Below are positions 41,157 to 53,928 of a DNA stretch of 64,000 bases, piece by piece. A program made the position numbers and the translations under genes. Position 1 is the first letter of the stretch; every line of letters starts with the position of its first letter. A model generated the notes under the pieces. That model was not told where the DNA came from. It did no database searches and saw only the letters and a program-made list of their open reading frames with translations. Source of the stretch: Raillietiella orientalis (lineage: Eukaryota); assembly GCA_036172245.1 (NCBI GenBank), contig JAYWIR010000002.1:4774001-4838000 (forward strand), in the 5' to 3' direction.

Positions 41157-43099
41157 ATGAGTGTAATTGCTTCTGCTGCAGAAACTATTAGTTCGCTTGT
41201 GTACATATTGGTACTATCCATTTTATGCATTTTGGTTATTGAGGCAAGTATCAAACGAAGACTTATAAAATGAAAATGATGCCATGTTTTCGTAAGCTAT
41301 CACAATAAATAGGTTTTTCATTATTCCTGATAGTATATATTATCGTTCACTAGAATGTTCACATCTCACATATATGCACGAAACATTTTTGTGTACGTGG
41401 AAATCCTCATCATATCCTTTCTATTGTGTATGTCGGTGATGCAAATGTTTCATCTTTGTGCGTTAATATACCAGTGCTGTCTGTACCAGTAAATTTTCCT
41501 TTAATATGGCCCTATACAAATTTAAAGTAAAAGTGCTTTTAATTTTTTTAATTAATCGACTGCACATTTGCGTTGTGTATGGAGTTGCAACCGCAGTATT
41601 TAACGTTTTTTATTTTTCGAGGTCTATAGACCAAAAAAGGAACAAAAAAAAAAGAAGCTCAAAGTAGCCTTTTTCCATCCTTGGTGTGATGCAGGTGGAG
41701 GTGGAGAAAGGGTCTTGTGGTGTGCAATACGAGCATTGCAAAAAAAGTATGGATCTGTTGAGTAAGAGAATTAATCATGAATGTCTAATAGGTTTACTTG
41801 GATTGACTGTTATATTTATGTAGCAGATATAGACAGATCTTGTAACATTCTGCACAAAGTAAAAGAACAGTTTAATATTGAATTGATAAGGGATGTATAT
41901 TTTGTGAAATTGAGATGGCATGATTGGTTAAGAGCTGAAAAATATCCACATCTGACAATGTTGGGGCAAGCTTTAGGATCTATGCTGGTTGCCATAGAAG
42001 CTTCTTACAAACTGAATCCAGGTAAATGAAAGGAATCTAGATAATCTTAATCATGGCTCTTAAAGATATCTTATTGGATACAGTAGGCTATGCTTTTGCA
42101 TATCCTGTGTTTAGAGTATTAACTAGTGCAAAAATTGGGTGCTATATTCACTATCCCCAGCTGAGCAGTGATATGAAAGCAATGGTTGCAACTCAAAGCA
42201 GATTGTCATCTCACTTGAAACTGGCGTATTATGATATGTTTGCATGGGCGTATTGGTTTGTTGGTTTCTTTACACATATGGTAATGGTGAATTCAAGCTG
42301 GACATTCTCACATATGAAGAAAATGTGGGGTGCTTCAAGAAAGTTGAGACTTGTTTATCCTCCATGTGATATAAAATCTTTGCAGTCTTTACCTGTAAGG
42401 ACTGCAGCTATTCGGCCTTTCATTTTTCTCTCAGTTGCACAGTTTCGGCCTGAGAAAAATCACAAATTTCTTTTGAAAGCTTTCCGAGCCCTATTGGATT
42501 CACTTCCAGCAAAAGATCATAAACAAATTAATCTGTTGCTAGTTGGAAGCTGTAGGCACAGCAAGGATAAAAAACGTCTTTCTGAATTACAGAAGTTGAC
42601 AGTTGAATTAGAATTGGTACCCCATGTAACTTTTGTGGCAGATCCATCTCATAAAGATGTGTATGCAGCTCTCAGCAAAGCACATGCAGCAGTGCATGTT
42701 ATGAGAGATGAGCACTTTGGGATTGGTGTGTGCTCCTCTAAAGCAGGAACTTAATTAACAAGATATCGTAGCTGTTGTGGAGTGTATGGCAGCTGGATTG
42801 GTGACTCTAGCTCATAATTCAGGTGGACCAAAGTTAGATATTCTGCGACCTGTTATGAAGCAGTGCTCTGGTCTGCTTGCTAATGATAATGAATTCTCTT
42901 CAAAAATGAAAGCTATATATGAAATGGATGATGACCAACGGAGAGATATTGTTCATGCAGCACGGTTAGTAGGGAAAAGGTTTTGTAAGATTCATTTTGT
43001 TTTCCTTCTAGTATCAGAATTCAGGATTTTAGTGAGGAGAAGTTTGAAGAGCACTTCCTTGATTGCATGGCACCGTTGCTGCAGTCACTGCTGGATTAA
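41157..43099 (+). CDS. ALG11: GDP-Man:Man3GlcNAc2-PP-Dol alpha-1,2-mannosyltransferase, ~460 aa
   Basis: Exons 41157-41243 (signal anchor), 41622-41746 ([19 protein letters not shown]), 41792-42021, 42066-42725 ([40 protein letters not shown]), 42772-42964, 43012-43099. The GT4 EX7E motif EHFGIAVVE is formed across an intron; [11 protein letters not shown] is present. Confidence 0.94.
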
Positions 43100-45392
43100 G
43101 CTCTTTGAAAAGAATCAGTTTCATTTCTTATATAAAAAAATGAGTTTATCTTTGGATGTTTAAATAATGAAGTCATGGTTTTTAAGTGGAGGTTTAACGA
43201 ATTTATACGGCATTATTTATTTCATTTTAGAACCCAGTGTAAACAGTCATACATAGTTTATTACCATAATATAAGTTCTTACAATTGATTGTTTATTTTA
43301 TGGGTGGCGATTGAGCAATCAAAAAATTACAATGCTTTATGAGAGTGGCATCATTCAAATCTATGTTTTACAGGCGAGTCTTTGAAACTAGTGCATAAAT
43401 CAAAATTGGCATAAAGTTGGTGGAATTACATATCTTTTTAAGTCATTGTTGATAGACGCTCATACCAGTAACATGTTAATGTTTCTATCAGGAGGTTCCA
43501 TGAGAACGGTTATATTGACATAGGGAAATAAAATGATCATTCGTTCGTGACAAGATGAAGGATTGTTAATTTATTTCTTAAAAAAAATTCATGATGATAA
43601 GTTAATAATGCACGAGAGCCCCATTCCATATTTTGCATTTTAAAAACAATTTTATTGCCAAAGGAAATAGTTTTAATATATTTTACTAGTCTAAGCTATC
43701 CCATTTATAAATGTTCTTACGGATGAGCGTAAAGAGTCAGTGCTGCCTTTTAAGTGCAAACATTTGGCACTTGTTTCCTCTTAAGCAATAAAGTAATAAA
43801 CTCTCAAATTAAAAGTCATAAACTAGAATTAGGATTCCAGGTTCAAAGTCTGGATTCATTATTAATTTTTCCTATACGAGGATTGATAATAGGTTGCAGA
43901 GTATTTCACGAAACCTACAAAAGAAAGTTTGAGTGACGATGACGACAACGGAACAGTGGGATGGGTTACATAACAATTTTAATGTCTTCAGTCACTTCTA
44001 ACCTTTTCGGATACTTATTTCGAATTGTTTAAAAGTTAGAAGCTTATGAAGAATGTATTGCATTATCATATGCATCCTTTTAACTTGTGCAGTCGGTTTC
44101 ACCAAAATTTATTTTATTGTATTCAGGGATTGCATTTTCCTTTGTGCTGCAGTACCAAATGGTTGCTGTAAAGAGCTACATCGAACTTTGTGTTCAGCAA
44201 AGCTGCCAGCAGAAAAATCTTGCAAAAAGGAATAAAAGATATTGTTTTGAAATTCAGCATTCCTGACGTTTTAAATCACAAGCATTTTTCTGCGTCATCT
44301 TTGTAATCAAATGCATTTCCTTTTGGCGTAACGCTCCTGAAATCGTATTATAATTCTAAATTCACAAATTAAAATCGAATAACAAAAATCTCCTTTTCTA
44401 TTGTGGATGTTTCCGTTGCCGTTGCAATTGCTGCATTAAAATTGGAAATAAAAAATCGAGTTGCACGTGGAATGCAACGCACGTTTCTGAAAGCCTTTAA
44501 TAGCGACGGAAGTACGAACCATGTTAAAAGTATAGATATGGTCGTTAGAGACGGAAAGCCAGATTTTTGGCAATGGATCGGCGTTTGATTCCTCGCCCTC
44601 TGAACCCCAATGCAAAACCAAGACATTTAAAGGGAACTCGTTTACAAAAAATTTGCACCAGAATTTCTGTTGGACTACTGAGCTGCTCAGCCGTTTGCTG
44701 TGTTTTGTATAGGTAATTTTCTATTGAAACGAATTGTTAACCCGCATTCTTTGCAAGAATTAGTATAATTTGATGTGTTGAAAGCGGGCGATCGATGTTT
44801 AAGGTGTTTGGTTGTAATTTGGTGTTAAAAAACTGCGGTAGTTTGCATGGTAATTAAGCCCCGATGAAAGATAGCAGTGATTTAAAAAATTGCCAAAGAG
44901 ATTATCTAGAATTTACACGTTTATCATTCACCGTTGGATGAAAATTTATTGGGAATCACTTTTTTGTTTTATTCCCACGGAAATCTTCAATGCTTGAAAT
45001 GCATACAGAGCAGTTCACAAGCATATTTGTGTTCTCAATATTGTGCTGTCATGACAAATCCTGAAAATAAATATTACGTATCAGTGTATATTGTATATAT
45101 TACATCTCTGATTTCAGTTCATCACTGAGTGCATACACCAGTCTAATGTTTAGTTAGAATTCAGTGGCAAATATGTATTAATTTGAACATTTCCAGATAC
45201 AGTTCACATGGGAAAAAAATAGTTGAGAAATGGAGAGCCAAGCATTATGGTTTAACCGAGCAAGATCTAAAGAATCGGGAACTATTTATGCTGGGGTTAG
45301 GTACCAGTCAGACTGTAGGTAAACTAGATGGGAGTACAAAAGATGCTGGAAATTTAGACTGAGTTCAAGAGGAAACTCGAAAAATAAACATT

Positions 45393-47906
45393 ATGCAAAA
45401 AAGTACTGATTGTGATAGGCCTTTTTTAAACACATCTGATGAATGTTTTGCCCCAAAGAAAAAACTTAGGTAGCAAACAACATATAAAAAGTATTAATGC
45501 ATAGCTTGAGTGCAGGTGTGCCAGGAAAACAAAATACATCTCTTCAGAACCACAAAGTGCTGCAGAAGTAACTTGTGGTTCTTCCAGTTGTGCGTTATCC
45601 AATCAAGATGATGAACCTGTTTTGTCATCAACCACACAACCATCCAAAGAAACTTTGAATGATATGTTGTCTCGTTGTCCTGTTTGTGGTAAAGATATCA
45701 AGCAGGGAGCAAACTTATTAAAGCATTTAAAAAATTGTGGGCGTCAGAAAGGACTGAATGTGGCCCAGTTATTAAGAGCTGTGCAGTTGGAATGTCAGCA
45801 TGAAAAAGAAAGAAGAAATATGGGACTTCCCCCATCGTATTCTTTTGTTAAAAAAAAAGTGAGTAATAGTCAGTCTTTGTGATCTGTCTGAGTTCTGTGT
45901 GAGGCTGGTAAGACAAAGTCGACAGATGAAGCATTACAGTTAGCATTGGCTTTATCACTGTCCATGCAAGAATCTGAGGATCCTGTTTCTTCCTTTCATT
46001 TGAAAAAAAAACGAAAAGACCAAATAATTCCTCAGTTATTATTATGTACTTCTGAAGAAAGACAACAAAAAATCAACAAGCATGTAGCAGCTGTATTAGG
46101 AGAGGAAACAACAGGTTTGCAACAGGGTACAAGATTGTTGTTGCCAATTCAACTAAACTCCAGACTTTCAGCCTATGCACAACCAGTGAGTGATTGTAAA
46201 CATACTTTGCATGTTCATTACTTTCATAGGATTGCCATTTGTGGAAACTGGCTTCATTGCAAGAAACTGAAAACCAATACAAGCATCCACAACTGTTAGC
46301 TTCTGTACTCCAAGAGGACTTGTGCTTAGAAAATTCAACACATGCAAACAAGAAAGAAAATGATGTACATGAAACCTGTAGGGATAAACCAATTGAGAAA
46401 AAAATTGACCCCAAAGATGCTGAGGCCGAAAAATCCTGCTTGCAAAAAGAGGATTTGTGCTTAGAAAATTTAATAAATCTCGAAAATAAGGAAAACGATC
46501 AATGTCAAGCATGCAGGGATGAACCTGTTGAGAAAATTGACTTCAAGCATTTTGAGGCAGAAGACTCTTTGCAAAAACTGCATTTTTCGTTCAAAAACAA
46601 GGCAATGGAAACATCTACCGAAGGTGGTTTTACTTCCGAGGACAAAATAATAGAGAAACCCAAATCTGCTCCATTGATAGGCTCAAGTAATGATACTGGC
46701 TTGAAATCACCCATAATCATTGATTTGTGTGATTCATTCGTGGTTAGTTCTGATAATGTCCACCTGGAGCAGGGATCAGATCTTTCCACATCTGAAATTT
46801 CCAGTGCTAGTGCACGAACAAGTCATTCTTCTGGCATAAGATCAGAAAATAATGTGGCCTGCCTAACAGATGCAAACTCCCCTCAGCAGGAATATACTGG
46901 TGTCTCTGGTTGCTGTTTAGATTCATGTGACCAAATTCATAGTTCCTCCTTTGTGGAGCTTGATTCCCCAGGTGGTGATAGCAACTTTTTCCCAAAGGTG
47001 GTATCATCAATATCTCGAGATAATTCATTTTCTGCACTTACAATCCACGATGCAGATGTTTTGTCTGTAGGGAGTGCTCAGTCTGAGTGCTCCCTTTCTG
47101 TAAAATCTGAGATTGAGTCAATGAAACTTTATTCTTCTGTTGAACATTTTGAAAGATGGAGGAGTTATGTAAACAATGAACTTTATAGTGATTTAACTAT
47201 TTATTGTGCTGACGGTTTTCTCAAGGCACACAGTCTTGTTATCCTAGTTCAGTGTCCAGAATTGATGAAGAATCAAGTAAATGCAGTCCTTAAATGGCCT
47301 CTGCATTGTCATGCAGCTAGTGCCTTACTTACATATTTGTACTGTGGAGACAAAAGTGCAATTTCTGAAGAGGATGCAAATCAACTGTGTTCATTTCTCG
47401 AAAATCGGCTTCCAGAGTTAGTAACTCATCTGCAAAATCACCCACAAAAGATAGAAGTCAATAGCCCATCAATTGCACAGCCTATGACTCCACAGTCTAT
47501 AAACAACCTAAACTGCACATCACCTGATTTATTTGACCATGTTACCAGTCTTCCTGAGTGCGAAGCAAAGTCAGAATGTCACTATGACTGCATGACAACA
47601 CCACAGATACATCAGAAGCTAGCCAAATTCGGAGTTCGTAAGCTAACAAGAAAGCACGCCATCCCATTACTCGAACATATTGAAAAGCATTGTGAGCAGC
47701 AACAATTACCATTAATAGAACAGTTTCAAGCATTTCTCAATGAGAATGTTGATATATATAGAGAAATGCTCTGTTATGAGCCCATTATCTTGGCTGAACT
47801 GCATGAAAAGGTGCTAGCTTCAGGAATACAATGTACCCAATTAGAATTAGCTAACTTATTAGATGAACAGGGAGTAGTCTACCGTTCCCAGATTAGAAAA
47901 AAATAA
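45393..47906 (+). CDS. SLX4: Structure-specific endonuclease scaffold SLX4 (BTBD12/FANCP/mus312-like), compact ~792 aa
   Basis: Exons 45393-45469, 45516-45858, 45904-46185, 46230-47906. Domain order matches SLX4: UBZ-like finger (CPVCGK..HLKNC), MLR (LQLALALSLS..LLL..ERQQKINKHVAAVL..LWKLAS), BTB (VNNELYSDL..AHSLVILVQCP), SAP (YDCMTTPQIHQKLAKFGVRKL), SLX1-binding CCD (IYREMLCYEPI..LLDEQGVVY). Confidence 0.88.
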
Positions 47907-47941
47907 ATTTTTTAATGTATATTAGACATAATATGCTGTGA

Positions 47942-48756
47942 TCAATCCTTGACTACTGTAGTTTTCTCAGATACGTAAAGTCCATCTAAAAACTTGCGGA
48001 TATCTTTATTTTTCACACTAGTAGACTGCTGAATCTGTGCAGCTGAAGCAAAGGAAAAACAATGAACAATGTATTCCTGGGGGCTTACCAGAACATGACA
48101 CATCTTCAATATTGTTCCCTTCTAGGATCAGTTCATCCTTCATTGTTGTTGATGTGCTTACTGTAACACCAGAAGCCATCTTTACACGCCTAATTATTTT
48201 CTCGCCCAAAAAGTTCCTAATTTCCAATACTGTATTATTCTGCGATGTAGTGCAGTTGATTGGAAAATGGGCATAAACTGCACGCATCTTATATAAGAAG
48301 CCCTACTCACCATGACAATCCTTAGAAAGATTAGTAACATGCACAAAGCACTAACCTTTGTGACTCCCTTTATCATGTTTTCAATGTGAGTACATACTGT
48401 ACGCACTGCTGCAATTTCTTTTCTGGTGCCAAACCATTTATCGACCTTTAACAGTTTCTTTCCTACAAGCTTCAACAAAAATTAACAGCACTGTAAAATA
48501 AATCATCATTTTGGAATATTCATAAAAACTCTAAATGAATCACTCAATGCAATTCCTTACGCTGAGGCTATCAGTTTTAAGCTCTGTCAAATTAAGTACG
48601 TTCCATTAATCAACCTACTTGCATATCAATATTAATGTGGCGAAAAGACCTCGTTAGTTTTCCTCTTTGGCCAGAAACAGTAACAACACGTGATTTCACC
48701 TTCACGTCAACATTTGGTGGTATTTTCACCGTTTGGCTGCACAATATTTGCTTCAT
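47942..48756 (-). CDS. RPL9: 60S ribosomal protein L9 (uL6), 188 aa
   Basis: Exons (minus) 48756-48619 ([29 protein letters not shown]), 48469-48356 ([28 protein letters not shown]), 48302-48089 ([25 protein letters not shown]), 48042-47942 ([33 protein letters not shown]). Confidence 0.97.
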
Positions 48757-49007
48757 AATTAAGCATTCACTCAAAACTTTCCAGCTTTGATTTCAACTCA
48801 ATCCGGAAACTAGTTGCGGACCTGACAACAAATGGATAGCCAAATGCAGTTTCTAATAAATCAGATAAAATCGACAATCCAGACTACGGTATAGCAGAAT
48901 TTACTTTGCACTTTTAGTTTTTTATTTTAAAACTCTCGTAAAAGGTTGATTGAATACGAGGTTTTATTCATTATTCATCATGTGCTGCATTTCTGGATTT
49001 TTGGTAT

Positions 49008-49281
49008 AAACTACAGTAGTCAAGGATTGATCACAGCATATTATGTCTAATATAAACATTAAAAAATTTATTTTTTTCTAATCTGGGAACGGTAGACTAC
49101 TCCCTGTTCATCTAATAAGTTAGCTAATTCTAATTGGGTACATTGTATTCCTGAAGCTAGCACCTTTTCATGCAGTTCAGCCAAGATAATGGGCTCATAA
49201 CAGAGCATTTCTCTCTATATATCAACATTCTCATTGAGAAATGCTTGAAACTGTTCTATTAATGGTAATTGTTGCTGCTCA
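49008..49281. repeat. Inverted copy of 47693-47964 (SLX4 3' CDS, intergenic spacer and last RPL9 codons)
   Basis: 49008-49281 is the reverse complement of 47693-47964 except for a 2-nt insertion (aatataAAcatt) and one substitution (ctctCtatat). The ORF track echoes this: the same N-terminus MLETVLLMVIVAA appears at 47733(-) and 49241(+). Confidence 0.97.
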
Positions 49282-52200
49282 GAAATGTTATGTATATTTT
49301 AATAGTGCAGGACATTATTTGATGCATATAAATTTCTATTTCAAAGGGTACAGTGTATTTTCGGGAAATGAACATACAGTTATAGAAGAACTTCCATATT
49401 ATTTTTTATTCTACATGGATATTTATTTATACACAGATAAGTTCTTGAATAAAGAAGATCTATAACCACGACTGTTTTTCATAGCAAGGCTAAAAGAAAA
49501 ACGTTTGTCTCAATTATTTCTAGAAGAAATATTTATCTGGAGATAGCCAAAGAGACTTCGTACGCAAAAAATGACTTCAAATAGAAATGCAATAAAAAAA
49601 AATATATATATTTTGCTTCCTCCAGTTATACAGCTTTTATATCTTAATATTCTCACTTCACAGTATGACAATATATTTAAAGATGCGCTTTCCTGGCCTT
49701 TCATTTTTAAAAATTGTCAAAGAAAACTATGTAAAAATGATTCGAAAAATAATTCATTAAATTAAGTGCAGTTAAATAAATCCTTTATTTAATTTCACTT
49801 GATTAAAAGCGTCTCATAAATGATCATTCTACCAAAGCATCTTAGCCAGTTAGAATGAAAACAATGATTAATAATACGACATGCCAAAATATAACGAATC
49901 TCCAATAAGTTTTTACCAATGTGATATCAAGGTTCGAATACTTGAAGATCTCATAAGCATTCGAAACAGTAACTGCATAAATAAACAAAGAAAATTTTCA
50001 TTTTTTTTCTTGTCGTAGTTCTATTCTTAATAATAATAACGGTTAACAGTATATCTTAATCCTTGTGATTGGTCTTTTATGTAATGTTTACTGAGTCCTC
50101 AGAATTCACAAAGTATTCCATTTACTTTTCTAATCTCTCTGGATGGGTCACAATTTGCTTATTTGGTAAAAGTTTCCGTATATTGGGATATAATCAGTAG
50201 GACAAGTCAACCTCTTATTCTCGGTGAATATGGCTACGAGTTGCATGCAGATGTGATTACTTTTGAATTTCCCATCATTCTTTGATGAACTTCAGGATGC
50301 ATTTACACTAAAAAATATGCATAGAGAGAGAACTTGATTAATATATTTGCAAGCATCAGCTTTTAGATGGGCCAATACTAAAACAGCCTCATATTAAAAC
50401 ATTGCGAAAAACAGTCAAGCATGTTGTTATTTCTAATTCTACGTCATAACCAATTCGACCTTCTTGTCTTCAAAACACAAATTGCAATATTTGCAAACCC
50501 TATATTCAAAATTGTCTGCTATTGAAGCTTCAGTTTTGTGGCTTTTGGAAGTTTTAAATTCATCCTATTTTTTTGCAACATGCAAATGCATTGCATAGTC
50601 ATAGATGTTTAATGTCATAATTCTCTCATTCTTTATCGAATTTTGATCTCTCGTGCTTACTGAAAATTGCGATAGGCATCTTTAAGGAAATTAGCAATAT
50701 TGGGGGAATAGACCTAAATTAGTATTTTGTTACGAAGATCGAGGCATAGAATGATTCGCTAATGCATCAGAATAACTTTGTTGGTGTGGATTCCATTAAT
50801 GAACTTACGGATTTGCTTCCACATAGTTTGGCCATGAAACCATCAGAGATAGTGTCCCAACTTCAGTACTTCTTATATGAAGACTAAGAAATAGATACAT
50901 TACATGGAGATGACCTCAATTTTTGTATTCAGTTATTCCTAAATGAGTTTCATATATTAGTTTGATTCCCATCTGCTCATGTTATGTATACATATGTTTG
51001 TAGGGATATGATATGCAACTGTGTAATTTTCTCATTAGATTGTCTAAGACTTTGCCCTGATGTGAAGATGGAATCATCTACTCATGTTGAAGACTAACCA
51101 AACGAATACTGATTACTTTTGAGAACCAAAGGAAGTTTTCAGTTTCAATCTTAACGTCAATGGCGCCCTGATGAATAACCCAAATGCCTCAACTGCTTTT
51201 TTCGGCCTTCATTTCGGTGAAGTCATGTAATGCAAGAAAGATTTCACTTCAGTCTTTTTAGAAAATGCGTCTACCCCGAAATATTTCAAAAGTAACTGGA
51301 CTCCACACCATGAAGAAAGCTCATAATAGAAGGCAGCTTCCGTAAAGCTCGAAAAACCTGTAGCTTGAAATTACAAACTTCGTCCCTCGTGATTCCAATT
51401 GTTTTTAATTTTTAGAAAGGAATAAATCCTTATGAAATTGCTTTTAAATGTGGTGCAGAAAAATGCTGGAAAATTCTGTGTGGTTTCAGGATCTGCGTAA
51501 TAATCTCTTGTCCTTCGGTGGGTGGTGTTTTACCTTTATTTCCTTGACTCGAAGCAAAGAACACAGGCAAAATAAGAAGTGATATATTTGTGTGAAATGT
51601 TGTGATGAAATTCAAACCAGTTATCCAGTGAAGTTTCGATGAAAACATGTGCTCTTTGCTATCAAAGAAAGTAATAGCCACGGTCGCTTTCAAATACTAA
51701 GGACGTATGTGTTCCCAAGAACATGATTTAAACTGTACTCGTGCCCAATTGATACGGTTGTCTCATGCAATGTAATGGTTTTCATTTTACTTGGTCGATT
51801 GTCATTTCCTTAATGATCACAAATAACATACGGAAGCAATACAGAAGAAAGGGGTTAAAAATTCAGTGTTTTTTTTTTCCGGAGCAGTTCTTATTTCTTC
51901 ATGAATATCATGCGCTGACTTTGTTGGAAGACCGGTGGAAGATTCGGTAAAACCGAATGTACAAGTGCTTTTTACAAAAAGTTGTAAAAAGCATTTTTCA
52001 ATGTCATAGTTATTTCGACAGAAAAATAAATTAATTTAGCCAATCACTTTTTGATTGCATGCTTATTCTTGGTACAGTAAAAGCTGGGATTAAAATTCTT
52101 TCTAGCTATCTTGCATTCAAATATAAAATAATTTTCCATTACCAAAAATCAATTATGTGATGAGTATGCTACTTCTACGCAACTTTTATTTCATATAAAT

Positions 52201-52955
52201 ACAAATTTTAACTTGAAGTTTGAATCCAGTCTAAATAAATGTTCATTACAACTAAGACTTTCGATTTAATTCTTTGTGACATAATGCAACAGTGTTGAAG
52301 ATTGTTACAATGAGCTTCCAAATAAGCAGTGCATTCATTTACAATACTGTATCCAGGAAGCACTATTGTACAATACCAAATAAACGTTGATATTTCGTAA
52401 ATTGGAGCACCTACAAATATTTTGTTTCAGAGTTGCACTTAAACTTGTGGTGAATCAGAAGCACATTCTTGTGAACTTGAAAGCATTTCTTGTGATAATA
52501 AATGCTGCAGCCAACAAATTATTTGATGCCTTTCCTTTGGTGCCCAAACATTCAAAATAATTCTTGGCTATTTTGAACAATTTCTTATTTTTTAAACTCT
52601 GTTTCTTATTGTATGTGTACATTCAAAAAGATGGATTGTTAATTAATTGGTTTTTACTGTTCCTGTATAAAAACCTTCAACTTTAGTTTTTATTATTTTA
52701 CCCAAACATCTCAATACTCTATCTGAAGGTCCCTGCATACTACAAAATAAATGCTTTATGATTTATTTAACCAATAAACAATACTATATTTGAATTGTTT
52801 CATCAGATTAATGGCATTCTTCAATTAAATGATAGAGGTCTTTTAAAGGGAAAATGTGCACACCTGCTGTAGGTAATTCCAAGTTAAAAAATCACTGCAT
52901 ATCAATTTCAATTGTATGAAGTTATTTTCTCTAAGATACACTAGCACTTGCAAAT

Positions 52956-53928
<973 letters not shown>

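Noticed and set aside
41762..41791. 30-nt ALG11 intron using the GTAAG donor at 41762
   Set aside because: The donor at 41747 gives a 45-nt intron and a gap-free alignment to known ALG11 ([13 protein letters not shown]), so it is preferred; 41762 remains a possible alternative donor.
48470..48618. Intronic snoRNA in the 149-nt RPL9 intron
   Set aside because: The C-box-like ATGATGA is near the 3' end with no downstream D box, and no H/ACA two-hairpin layout was evident.
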